From Malacoraja senta (taxonomy: Eukaryota): a DNA stretch of 64,000 nt. Positions within the stretch are counted from its first letter, which is position 1. Each line of letters opens with the position of its first letter. The notes under the pieces are model-generated. The model searched no databases. It was not told where the DNA came from and was given only the letters and a program-made list of their open reading frames with translations. Of the stretch, positions 36,352 through 49,179 are shown in pieces. The position numbers and the translations under genes are program-made. The stretch is taken from NCBI GenBank assembly GCA_038087875.1, contig CM075991.1:682001-746000 (forward strand), given 5' to 3'.

Positions 36352-39300
36352 TCATAGTCATAGAATGATACAGTGTGGAAACAGGCCCTTTGGCCCAACT
36401 CGCCCACACCGGCCAACAATGTCCCAGCTACCCTAGTCCCACTTGCCTGCGCTTGGTCCATATCCCTCCAAACTTTCTCCTATCCATGTACCTGTCTAAC
36501 TGTTTCTTAAACGATGGGATAGTCCCAGTCTCAAATATCTCCTCTGGCAGCTCGTTCCATACACCCACCACCCTTTGTGTGAAAATGTCACCCATTGGAT
36601 TCCTATTAAATCTTTTCTACTTCACCTTGAACCTATGTCCTCTGGTCCTTGATCCCCCTACTCTGGGAAAAAGACACTGCATCGACCCGATCTATTCGTC
36701 TCATGATTTTGTGTACCTCGAAAGATCTCTTCTAATCCTCCTACGCTCATGGAATAGAGTCCCAGCCTACTCAACCTCCCCCTGTAGCTCACACCCTCTA
36801 GTCCTGGAAACATCCTTGTAAATATTTTCTGAACCCTTTCAAGCTTGACAATATCTTTCCTATAACAGACCTGAACACAATATTCTAAATGCGATCCACC
36901 AACATCTTATACAACTGCAACATGACCTCCCAACTTCTATACTCAATACTCTGACAGATGAAGGCCAAAGTGCCAAAAACCTTTTTGACCACCTGCGTCT
37001 CCACCGTCAAGAAACTATGCACTTGTACTCCTAGATCCCTCTGCTCTATAACACTTCTCAGAGGCCTACCATTTACTGCGTAGGTCCTGCGCTTGTTCGA
37101 CGTCTCAAAATGCAACACTTCACATTTCTCTGTATTCAATTCCATCAACCATTTCTCTGCCCACCTGGCCAATCGATCAAAATCCTGCTGCAATCTTTCA
37201 CAACCATCTTCACTATCTGCAAAACCACTAACTTTTGTATCATCAGCAAACTTGCTAATCCTGCCATGTATGTTCTCATCCAAATCATTGATGTAGATGA
37301 CAAACAGTAACGGGCCCAGTACCAAAGCCTGAGGCACACCACTAGTCACAGGCCTCCAGTCCGGGAAGCAACCTTCCACCATCACCCTCTGCTTCATTCC
37401 ATGGAACCAATTTGCTTTCCATTCAGCTATCTCTCCTTGGATCCCATGCTATCCAACCGTCCAGAACAGCCCACCCTTGTCGAATGCCTTACTGAAGTCT
37501 ATTTACACAACATCTACAGCTCTGCCCTCATCAACCTTTTTGGTCAAGTCTTCAAAAAAATCAATCAGATTTGAGAGACACATACAAAACCTGTATAACC
37601 TATCCCTCAGAATACTCTCCAGTAACCTACCAACTACAGATGTTAAGCACACCAGCCTATAGTTCCCAGCATTTTCCCTGCAGCCCTTCTTGAATAGAGG
37701 CATATTTGCCACCCTCCAGTTTTCCGGCACCTCTCCTGTATTTAAGGACGACTCGTAATTTTCAACCAAGGCTCCCGCAATTTCCTCTCTAGTTTCCTGC
37801 CATGTCCTCGGATATATCTGATCAGGCCCTGGAGATGTATCTACCTTCAAACACGACAGTACCTTCAGTACTTCTTCGACAGTAACCCTGACTGCTCTCA
37901 AGACACTTCCAGTGACTGCTCCAATTTCCTCCGCCCTACTGTCTTTCTCCTCGGTAAATACAGAGGAGAAATACTCATTTAGTACCTTGCCCATCTCCTG
38001 TGGTTCCACACAGAGGTGACCGCTTTGACTCCTGAGAGGTCTCACTCTCTCTCTAGTTACCCTTTCCCCCCTAATGTATTTATAAAATCTTTTGGGATTG
38101 TCCTTAATGCTACCCGCCAGAGCTATCTCCTGGCCCCTTTTTGCCCTTCTGATTTCCTTTTTTAGTTTGCTCCTTAGTTCCCAAAACTCCTCCATGGATG
38201 CACTTGATCCCAGCTGTTATACCTGTCCCATGCATCCTTCTTGTCTTTGACGAATGTCTCAATTTCCCTCGTCAGCCAAACTTCCTTACATTTGCCTGCT
38301 TTGCCCTTCACTCTAACGGCATCCTGAGATTGCTTCAGTACACTTTTAAAAACATCCCACTTGGTCGATGTTCCTTTCACCTCAAATAACCTGCTCCAGT
38401 CAACTTGAGCGAGACCTTCTCTCATAGCTGCCAAGTAGTACAGATTTTCCATATTTCGTACGGAAATGCGATACGAATACGGAAATACTAATTTGCGTTG
38501 TTAAATATGGATTAAAAAAAAAAATGACCATGGATAATCGTTACAACGAGTCACCGCTGCACCGGCCATGAGACAAAAACGATTTGTTAACTACCACTGT
38601 TAGCACTTGCTAACAGCCAGTAGTTAACACGTAGTTATACAATGTGTCACCAATACATCGATCTACCTTCCTCAGTAAATATAATTGTGTTTTGACCAAG
38701 TATTAATGACGTCGCGTTCCTTTAAATAAAATGAATGGGAGAATTTCTTAAAACTCACTGTCATTAAGGACTCCGGACCGCGAGCACGGGCTTCTTCCTG
38801 GTGTGCAGGTACGGTCATTTACCCACGTTATTTTTAAGAAGGAACTGCAGTTGCTGGAACAATCGAAGATAGACAAAAATACTGGAGAAACTCAGCGGGT
38901 TAGGCAAAAATGCTGGAGAAACTCAGCGGCTGAGACAAAAATGCTGGATGCTGCCTCACCTGCTGCGTTTCTCCAGCATTTTGTCTCACCCGCTGAGTTT
39001 CTCCAACATTTTTGTCTCACTCGCTGAGTTCCTCCAGCATTTTTGTCTCACCCGCTGAGTTTCTCCAGCATTTTTGTCCATCTACGTTATTTAGTAATTT
39101 GTACCCGTCATTTAGGGATGTTATATGAATTTAAAAAAATTAAGTTTATGTGTGTTTTCTGTCTCTCCTTCAACGTTAGTTCTTCTGTTTGCCTTTATTT
39201 GCTTCAGTTTTATTTAGTGTTATCACGTTGTGGTTGCAGCTTTAGAACGATTTAAAACTATCGGATTTTTAAACTTCATATAAGTTCATAGCGTCGCCCG

Positions 39301-39709
39301 GCTATCTTTCACTACTTGACTCGTGGTCATGAGATATTATTTCAGGATGCTCAGATGATCTTCTAATGCGGTAATTGTACCGAGCGCTAAATCCCTCCAG
39401 CTGTACCTGCAACTGAATTCCGATTTTTGTTTGTTTTCCTATTTGTCAGTTTTTGTTTCCCGATTATTTGGCGGCCAATCAACCGCTGTCTCTAAGGGGG
39501 TTGCGTCCAATCACCGACCAGCTTCCCTTAAAATTCTCGTCCCATCAACAAATCCTCCCGTCCAATCAGCCGCTGTCTAAAGGGCATTGTGTCCAATCAC
39601 ATAATGCGCTGGTCACTCGGCGGCCAATCAGACGCAGTTTCCGAGGGGCATTGCGACCAATCACCGACCAGCTTCCCTTACTGAAGCAGACGATGGCTGC
39701 AGCCAACAC

Positions 39710-39740
<31 letters not shown>

Positions 39741-40790
39741 TGCAAGAAAGCAGCTATGACATATAATACACAATAAACTGTATTACAAATATACAATAAA
39801 CAAGTTAAGGACCTGTCCCACTTTCACGACCTAATTCACGACCTCTGCCGAGTTTGCCCTTGACTCATACTCACAGCATGGTCATCACGAAGTCGTAGGA
39901 GGTCGTAGGTAGGTCGTAGCAGGTCGTGATGCTAGTCGTAGGTACTCGTGGCATCAAGTACGTCGGGGCGTTTTTTCTAGCATGATGAAAAATGTCCACG
40001 AGTAAAAAAGGTCGTGACTTAGGTCGTGAAAGTGGGACAGGCCCTTTATGCATTCTTGTACTCTTACATGGTATGACCGCACATTAAAAAAAAAAAAAAA
40101 ATTCAGCCAAATGGCACCGCGTAAAAATACTGATTTCCTCAGCAAAATACTGATTTTCAGGTACTAGAGTACAGAAATGCTCTGAAAAAACTCTGCTCAT
40201 ACCCTCAAAGTTGGCCTTATCCCAGTTGAGCATTTTAACGCGTGGACCCTCTCCGTCCCTATCCATTACTATCTTAAACCTAATCAAACTGTGGTCACTG
40301 GCTCCAAAAGGCTTCTCCACACACACTTCATTAACTTGCCCTTCCCATTTTCCCAATACTTGATCCAGTGTTGCCCTCTCATGTGTGGGTGCCTCCACAT
40401 ACTGCTGAAGAAAACTCTCCTAAACACTTTTGAGGAATTGCACCCCATCTAAACCCTTCACGCCATGATTTTCCCGGTCTATTTTGGGAAAGTTAAAATC
40501 CCCTACCTCAACAACCTTATTTGACCTGCAACTGTCTGCAATATTCCCGGCACATTTGTTCTTCTAATTCCCGTTGACTATTCGGGGGTTTGTAGTACGC
40601 CCCCAACAAGGTGATCATCCCTTTCATGTTCCACAGCACCCATATAGCCTCACAAACCGCCGATAATGTCACCTCTGATCACCTGATCACTGCCGTGACA
40701 TCCTCCTTAACCAACAATACAACCCCCCCCCTCCTCTTTTTCCCTCACCCCTGTCTCTCCTGAAGCTCCTGTACCCCGGAACATCAAGAG
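36352..40790 (-). mobile_element. Long degraded CR1 ORF2 (EN to C-terminus) split by a ~1.8 kb insertion
   Basis: ORFs 36885-37397 (RT), 37503-38195 and 38174-38452 (..MREGLAQVDW) continue at 40196-40790 (..NWDKANFEGM, LDQVLG, SDH endonuclease motifs). Confidence 0.85.
39808..40045. mobile_element. PIF/Harbinger-type MITE (238 bp)
   Basis: TIRs aggacctgtcccactttcacgacctaa / ttaggtcgtgaaagtgggacaggccct; TTA on both sides. Confidence 0.85.
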
Positions 40791-41779
40791 GTACTTTACA
40801 GTGGCTGACTAACTTACCAGCCCTTGTGTCTTTAAAATGTAGTAGAAAACTGGAGCAACCAGAGGAAATCCAAGTAGTTGGAGGGATAAATTGCAAATGA
40901 TACACAGACAGCACCAGAGGTCAGAACTAAACCTGGGTCGGTGGCACTGTGAGGCAGTGACTCTACCAGCTGTGCCACTGTACCATCCTAAGTCAGTAGT
41001 GCATCCCCAACAGCCCCATCTTTTTTCTTAAGAATAGCGTATATATTTTTTGCGTATAGTTTCCTCTGTCTCAACATTTTGAGATCGCGATCCAAGCTTT
41101 GGGAAATGGGTGTGTGCCTGCGACTCCCCCCCCCCCCCCCCCCCCCCCCAGTGTTTTCAGTTGCACTGTGGAGGAAACCCCATGCAGGTGAGGAGGATCC
41201 TTGCTTTCTCCACAATAGCAGAAGTGTCCCCTGCTCATGTTCCCACTGGAGTATGCGGATAAATCACATGAACTAGCTCCAATGGCCAGCAGCCCCATGA
41301 ATGGTGTCACAGACAGCAAATTTGCTGACGATGAGACTGGTCTGAAGCCAACTCCTTTCAAGTTGTATAATGAGTATTGATAATGTCTCATACACTTAAT
41401 GTTCCAGTGGCATAAAAGCAGCTGTAATCTAATCTTGGATCTAGTTTTATACGAACAAAGCTGTAATCATATAACTGTTATATATCTGATTCTGATTTGG
41501 GAGATTAGATTGCAATTCAGAGCAGGCATTTAAAAAAAAAAACCAGCACAGTACATATCATGTCAGATGTATTGAAGTTCTGGACACTTGTTCGCCTTTT
41601 TGAGTGATTAAAACATATGTTTTTGAACTTGGGGCCCTTGTGTTTTATAGATATTGAAGTGCTATAAAAGATTCTGTAACTTGTTAATCTTATTTCAAAA
41701 AAGCTTTCATTGTATTTTCAAGATCACAGAGACAATGTGAGTTAAGACAAGGCCAGGATTATTAGCAGTTTACTATCTA

Positions 41780-42463
41780 CAGGTATGGCTGCTGAAGGTA
41801 CTGGCTCGCTTATCTTCGTTGATGATACAACTGCTGATGGCAGTAGCATACTGAATTCTGATGTTTATAGACACATCCTATCTGCTCAAGTACAAACAAA
41901 TGCCTCAAAACTCTTTGGTCGGTGGTTCATTCTACAGCAAAACAATGATCCCAAACATACTGCTAAAGCAGCAAAGGAGTTTTTCAAAGCTAAATAAGGT
42001 CAATTCTTGAGTGGCCAAGTCAATCACCCGATCTGAACCCAATTGAGCATTCATTTTATATGCTGAAGAGAAAACTGAAGGGGACTAGCCCCCAAAACAA
42101 GCATAAGCTAAAGATGACTGCAATACAGGCCTGCCAGAGCATCACCAGAGAAGACACCCAGCAACTGTTGATGTCCATGAATCGCAGACTTCAAGCAGTC
42201 ATTGCATGCAAAGGATATGCAACAAAATACTAAACACGACTACTTTCATTTACATGACACTGCTGTGTCCCAAACATTATGGTACCCAGAAATAAACACT
42301 GCTGTAATTTCTACATGGTGAAACCAAAATGTATAAAAATGGCCTTTATTAAAATCTGACAATGTGCACTTTAACCACAAATCTATTACAAATTTCAAAT
42401 TGTGGAGTACAGAGGCAAATAAATAAATGATGAGTCTCTCTCCCAAACATTATGGAGGCACTG
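41780..42463 (+). mobile_element. Tc1-family transposon remnant (C-terminal transposase and right IR/DR)
   Basis: FILQQNNDPKHTAK..(stop)..WPSQSPDLNPIEH; right end ..ggaggcactg|TA; cccaaacattatgg repeated at ~42269 and ~42442. Confidence 0.9.
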
Positions 42464-42898
42464 TATCAACTCGCAAGCGAATGAGCCCAGAAGGAAAAAT
42501 CTCTCTGCTTTTAATAAAGTTACAACTGAATATTATTCTTCCAAACTTGCAGGCGCTAGCTGCCTCTTTCTTTAAAAAAGTCGTTGAGTAGCTGGTCACA
42601 TTTCCTCAGTGAAACCCTCCATCACCACGCACCTGACCATCCTGTCTCCCCTCACCACGAGCTTTCTGCCATTTCAGCACCCTGACAGTATCGTGTATGT
42701 ATCATTCCCACGGTATTGCCCCTCCAGTGGTGGGAAGCTGCCTGCCTGTTCACTGTGAATTCTGGCAGCCATTTTGCTTCACTCTCTCAGTGTCAGGCTG
42801 GATCATGTCCTGAAATGTCTGGTGAAACGCTGAGTCTCACAGGGTGCTATTCATTGAGGTACAGCTGACTTCAGGAAAGAGAGCAGTTATGTCCCAAA

Positions 42899-43314
42899 TA
42901 ACCAACGGTCCGCAATAACCAACCTGAACTCCCGGTGGCTCAGCACTTCAACTCCCCCTCCCATTCCGTATCTGACCTCTCTGTCCTGGGTCTCCTCCAT
43001 GGCCACAGCGAGCAACACCGTAAATTGGAGGAAATGCACCTCATATTCCGCTTGGGCAGTCTACACCCTGGTGGCCTGAACGTTGAATTCTCCCAATTCT
43101 GCTAGCCCTGGCTGTCCCCTCCCCTTCATCAGCCATCTGGTTGTCTCCTCCCCTCCCCCAACCCTCGGGCTCCTCCTCCTCCTTTTCCTTTTTTCCTTTC
43201 TTCTCCCCACCCCCTATCAGTCTGAAGAAGGGTTTCGGCCCGAAACGTTACCTATTTCCTTCGCTCCATAGATGCTGCTGCACCCGCTGAGTTTCTCCAG
43301 CATTTTTGTGTACC
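42899..43314 (+). mobile_element. Penelope-like element 3' fragment
   Basis: Near-identical to 14680-15084; 11-bp TSD tatgtcccaaa at 42888-42898 and 43315-43325; HHR-like core at 43222-43249. Confidence 0.92.
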
Positions 43315-44027
43315 TATGTCCCAAACATGTCAATATTACAAAAGAAGAGGTGTTGGCAGTCGTGATGTATAAAGCTGGATACATCTACGAGCATGATCAA
43401 ATGTACACTGGGGCGTTGTTGGAAGCAAGGGAAGACATTTCTGAGAGAAGACACAGAGTGCTGGAGTAACTCAGTGGGTCAGGCAGCATCTCTGGAGAAT
43501 GTGGATAGGTGACGTTTCAGATCAGGACCCTTCTTCAGACTGATAGTGATGGGAGGCGGAGAAAGGTAGAAGAGAGGAGGGGGCAGAGCAAACCCTGGCA
43601 ATTGATGGGTGAGGGGGTTGGGTTGGTTTGATAGGCAGACAGTTGGACAAGAGCCAGAGATGAAAAGCCAGAAGGTGTGAGACAAAAGGATTGAAGTGAT
43701 GTGAATTGTGCAGTTAGAGGAAGGAATGTAGGTGTAGAAATAAGTAGCTAGAGGTAGGAGTGTAGAAATAGCTGCAAGTCTTGGTGGGGCATTGCGGATT
43801 GGGTGCGGGGGGAGAAAGAAGAGGGCGGGGTTATATGGGGGAAGAAGGGAGAGAGTTCTGAGACCTAGGCAGAGATGGCTAGATCATCCTTGGCTATGGA
43901 TGAGGTGCCAGAGGACTGGAAGGTAGCTGATGTGACTTAATTTAAGAAAAGCTGCAGAAACAGGGGAACTGGGCTGGTGGCGCCTAACATTAGTGGTGGG
44001 AAGATTACTGGAGAGGATTCTGAGACG

Positions 44028-45000
44028 GGATATACATCAATGATTTGGATGAAGGGATTCAACGTAACATTAGCAAATTTGCAGATGACACAAAGCTGGG
44101 TGGCAGTGTGAACTGTGAGGAGGATGCTATGAGAATGCAGGGTGACTTGGACAGGTTGGGGGAGTGGGCAGATGCATGGCAGATGAAGTTTAATGTGGAT
44201 AAATGTGAGGTTATCCACTTTGGTATAAAAAACAGGAAGGCAGCTTACTATCTAAATGCGTCAAGTTGGGAAAAGGGGAAGTACAACGGGATCTGGGGGT
44301 CCTTGTTCATCAGTCTATGAAAGTAAGCATGCAGGTACAGCAGGCAGTGAAAGAAACGAATGGCATGTTGGCCTTTATAACAAGAGGAATCGAATATAGG
44401 AGCAAAGAGGTCCTTCTGCAGTTGTACAGAGCCCTAGTGAGACTACACCTGGAGTATTGTGTGCAGTTTTGGTCCCCTAATATGAGGAAGGACATTCTTG
44501 CTATTGAGGGAGTGCAGCGTAGGTTTACAAGGTTAATTCCCTGGATGGCGGGACTGTCATATGCTGAGAGAATGGAGCGGCTGGGCTTGTACACTGGAGT
44601 TTAGAAGGATGAGAGGGAATCTTATTGAAACATATAAGATTGTTAAGGGTTTGCACACGCTAGAGGCAGGAAACATGTTCCCAATGTTGGGGGAGTCCAG
44701 AACCAGGGGCCACAGTTTAAGAATAAGGAGTAAGCCATTTAGAACGGAGACGAGGAAACACTTTTTCTCATAGAGAGTTGTGTCTGTGGAATTCTCTGCC
44801 TCAGAGGGCGGTGGAGGCCGGTTCTCTGGATACTTTCAAGAGAGAGCTAGATAGGGCTCTTAAAGATACGGAGTCAGGGGATATGGGGAGAAGGCAGGAA
44901 TGGGGTACTGATTGGGGATGATCAGCCATGATCCCATTGAATGGTGGTGTTGGCTCGAAGGGCCGAATATCCTACTGCACCTATTGTCTATTGTCTATTG
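44028..45000 (+). mobile_element. CR1 3' portion (RT C-terminal half to tail)
   Basis: ISKFADDTKLGG..FNVDKC..LVRLHLEYCVQFWSP..GYG; tail (ctattgt)n. Confidence 0.95.
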
Positions 45001-45403
45001 ATCCAGATGCATTTGGAAACGAAGGGCCGATTAAGGTTAATCAGCATGGTTTTATGTGTGAGAAATCGTGTCTCACAAATCTAATTGAGTTTGAAGAGGC
45101 AAATAAGAGGATTAATGAGTGTAGGGTGGTTGGTGTATTCATATGGACTTCAGCAAGGCTTTTGACAAGGTCCTGCTTGGCAGACCATGTGAGGACCAGG
45201 TGAACTAGCCAGTTGGATACAAAATTGTGGCAAGAAACAAACTGTGGGGGGAATTCAGCAGCTGAAGCAGCTTCTGTGGGCTGAAGGGATTGCTGATGTT
45301 TTGGGCCGAGGCTGTGTGTCAGGATTCCTGATGTAGATGATTCCTGACCTGTGATGATTGTGATTCCTGAATTGGCTTGGTGAAAGGAGTCAGAGTAGTG
45401 GAG

Positions 45404-45497
45404 GGTACACAAAAATGCTGGAGAAACTCAGCGGGTGCAGCAGCATCTATGGAGCGAAGGAAATAGGTAACGTTTCGGGCCGAAACCCTTCTTCAGA
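45404..45497 (-). mobile_element. ~94-bp Penelope 3'-terminal fragment inserted in a CR1 remnant
   Basis: Reverse complement of 43221-43314; TSD cagagtagtggag(ggt) at 45391 and 45498. Confidence 0.9.
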
Positions 45498-46073
45498 CAG
45501 AGTAGTGGAGGGTTGTTTTTCAGTTGGAGGTCTGTGACCAGGGAATGGCATGGGTCCCTTGCTATTTAACATCGATCACAGAACAGTACAGTACATCACA
45601 GGAGCAGGTCTTTCAGCCCACAATGTCTGTGCTGAACATGATGCCATGATAAACTGATCTCATCTGCCTGCACATGATCCATATCCTTCCATTCCCTACA
45701 TATCCATGTGCCTATCCAAAAGTTTCTTAACTGCCACCATCTACCAGCACCACCATCCCTGGCAGCACATTGCTGACACTCGCTGTCCTCTGCAAAATTA
45801 AATTGCCCCATTCATTTCCTTTAAAGTTAGCCCCTGTTACCTTAAAGCTATGTCATGAAAATTAGCAATTTGGGTGTGAATCTAGGGCGCACGATGCGTA
45901 AGTTTGAGGATATCAACAAAGCTGGTGGTGTGGTGGTTAGAAAGCAAAGTCGTCTAAAGTTACAACAAGGTCTGGAGCAACTGGGAAAGTGGGCAAAGGA
46001 ATGGCAGATAGAATTTAACTTGCAGAAAGTTGGAAACGATGCCGTTTGGGAAATTAAAACAAGGCATGACTTA

Positions 46074-46781
46074 AGGGCTTGTCCCACTAATGCGACTTAT
46101 CAGCGACTGTCTTCGACCTTCAAGCTCGAGGGCACTCGCCTGAAAAACCTCGATCTGGATCGACTGTCAGCGATGAAACTGCGAGCTGGATCGACTGACC
46201 ACACACACACACAAACACATCGCAAAGGCGGGGGCCAGGGAAAGCGGGGGAGCGCTGTCTGAAATTCACACCCGCAATGAACAGGAAGGTAAAAGATGGC
46301 TGGCACATAATGGTAAGTCCTTTAGAGAGCGTGGAGAGGGGGGGATGAGGGAGAGAGAGGGAGAGAAAGGGAGGGAGAAGGAGTGGAGACACTTTTAAGA
46401 AGCCAGACAACTTTTAATAAAGTTTAGCGGGCATTTAACATTACCGGTCGGTATACTTACCTTTTTGTTCTGAACGAGCTTTACCTTCGACTACCCTCGA
46501 TTATCTACGAATAATATGCTGACCTACTACGACCTACCTCAACTAAATCTACGAGTAAAAAAATATCGATTTTTTCCATGCGGACCTTTTTTTACTCGCG
46601 GGCATTTTTCAGCATATTGAAAAATACGCCGCGACCTAACTGAGGCTTCAGGGACTACTCTTGAGCATGAAGGGGAGTTACAAAGACCTCCTAGGACCTC
46701 ATGTCAACCATTCTGCGAGTATGAGTCGAGGGCAAACTTTTCTGAAGTCGCGGATTAGGTCGCCACAGTGGGACAGCCCCT
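46074..46781. mobile_element. PIF/Harbinger-type non-autonomous element inserted in CR1
   Basis: TIRs agggcttgtcccact / agtgggacagcccct; TTA left and TTG right. Its subterminal region is related to 39808-40045. Confidence 0.8.
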
Positions 46782-47741
46782 TTGCACAGTGAATGACAGG
46801 CTCTGGGAGTGTTGTTGAACAGAAAAACTAAGGGGTAAAAGTAGATAATTCCCTGAAAATGGCAGTATAGGTAGAAAAAGTGGTGAAGAAGGTGTATGGC
46901 ATGCTTGCCTCCTTTGGATGGGGCATTGAGTACAAGAATTAAGGGCCTGTCCCACTTACGCAATTTTTTTCGGCAAGTCGCCGAAAAAAATAGTGTATTT
47001 ATATTTGAATAGACTTTAGTGATAGAGCACCAAATATTGCATTGCCTGCAAGAAAATACGAATATTGTATGCATTTCTGATTGCCGTGCTATATGAAGGA
47101 TATTATTAAGCTAGAGTGGATCTAGAAAAGATTCACAAAGATGTTGCTGGGTCTGAAAGAGTTGAGTTTGTTTGGAGAGACTGGATAGGTTCGGTACTTT
47201 TTCCCTGGAGAGCAGGAGGCTGACAGCTGGCCTAACAGAAGTTTATAAACTCATGAGGGCTCTACAACGTGAGGAGTTTTCCGTGCTATGCAACTCTAAC
47301 TCTATGACTCCATCACATTGTTTCTGCCTTGGTATAATGTTTCCAAAGGCCATGTTGATACAGAAGTGGTTGTGTGGAGGTTGTGGGAAAATGGTGGTGG
47401 GTAGTTGGTCAGGCAAGGTTTGTGGATCTGGGCCAAAACCTGGTCAATATGAAACGTAGCAAACAGAAATGTTTCCATTTTGTTACATCAGTATTTCTGA
47501 AAAAGCACGAGAGGCATAGGGATGGATTATTGGAGTCATTGAGCCGTGCAGCACAGAAACAGGCCCTTCTACCTAGCCCATCCTTGCCAACTTACATGCC
47601 CCGTCTCAGCTAGTCCAATTTTCCTTAATTTGGCCCATATCCCTTTAAACTTTTCCTATTCATCTACCTGTCAAAATGTCTCTTAAATGTTGTTATTGTA
47701 CCTGTCTCAACTAGTTCCGTTGGCAGCTCGTTCCGTATACC

Positions 47742-48080
47742 CATATAACCATTACAGCACGGAAACAGGCCATCTCGGCCCTTCAAGTCCGTGCCGAACA
47801 CTATTTTTTTCTTCTTTTTTTTCCCCCCTTCTTTCTTCTTACTTCCCCCTAGTCCCATCTACCTGCACTCAGACCATAACCCTCCATTCCTTTCCCGTCC
47901 ATATACCCATCCAATCTATTTTTAAAGGATAAAATCGAACCTGCCTCCACCACTTCCACTGGAAGCTCATTCCACACAGCTACCACTCTCTGAGTAAAGA
48001 AGTTCCCCCTAATGTTACCCCTAAACTTCTGTCCCTTAATTCTCAAGTCATGTCCCCTTGTTTGAATCTTCCCTACTCTC
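47742..48080 (-). mobile_element. Young CR1 3' end nested in an older CR1
   Basis: Near-identical to 2966-3305; interrupts ggcagctcgttccgtatacc|acccgctctgtgagaaag. Confidence 0.9.
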
Positions 48081-49179
48081 ACCCGCTCTGTGAGAAAGAT
48101 TCCCCTCAGTCTCCTAAATCTTTCCCCTCTCACCTTAAACCTATGGTTCTTGATTCCCCTACCCTGGGCAAAAGACTGTGCATTTTCCCTATCCCCCTCC
48201 GATGCTCCTCAATGCCCTATACTCCTGGGATGCACTTGATACCTTATCCATGCCTCTATCTTTTTCCTGACCAGAGCCTGAATTTCCCTCATTATCCAGG
48301 GTTCTGTGCCCCACCTGCATTGCCCTGCACCAACTGGAACATGGAAAACCTTGACCTCTCACTATTAAAAGCATCTCACTTTCCAGACATCCCTTTGCTC
48401 GCCAAGTAAGCTTCCGTCTAATAACATCAAAGTTGGCGTGGCCCCAATTTAGAACTTTAATTGTAATTGTAATTAATTTATTAGCCAAGTGTGTAAACAT
48501 ATATGGAATTTGATTTGTCAACAGTCATACAAAAAAGCAACAAGATACATAACCACATAAAAATTAAACATAGACTTAAACAGCCACCATAACGGCGTGT
48601 GAGAATCCCTAGGGCACATAGCATAAGCGGAGACCCACAGCCATCAGTTCAATGTCCGGGCCACACACACGCTCCTTCACCGAGTTGTACCGACCGCTGT
48701 CACTCTCTGCAGTCCCTGTCCGCCCGAAAAGTCAGAAAACCGTTCACACTCGCACTAGACTCCGGGATGTCCTCATGGCGCTATGTCCCCACAGACACTG
48801 AGATCACTGCACTCACGGCACTCCCTCCGAGTCCTCACCAGTGCAGGCAGCACGTCCATCTTATTTTTTCGGCGACCTCACATTCCCCACCGTGATGGAA
48901 GGTGAATAACTTATGCCTTCTTTCCTCCTTTTCTCCCGCAGTCAGGGCAATCGAACCTTCCGCAGTCAGGGCAATCGAAGCTCCCGCGATCGGGGCGGCT
49001 GATGCTCCTGCAGTTGGAGCTCCCGCAGTCGATCCCTAACAAAGGGACTGCCAGCTCCCCCCCACCCCACAGAATACAAAAACTAAAGGTACACTATAAA
49101 CATACAAGTAAACACAGTAAGCAAAAGAAGAAAAAGACGAGGCAGGCTGTTGGCGCGGCTGCCATGTATGGCGCCAGCA

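Noticed and set aside
38870..39085. CRISPR-like appearance of ~32-bp repeats
   Set aside because: Repeats are directly tandem with no unique spacers, there are no cas genes, and the context is vertebrate.
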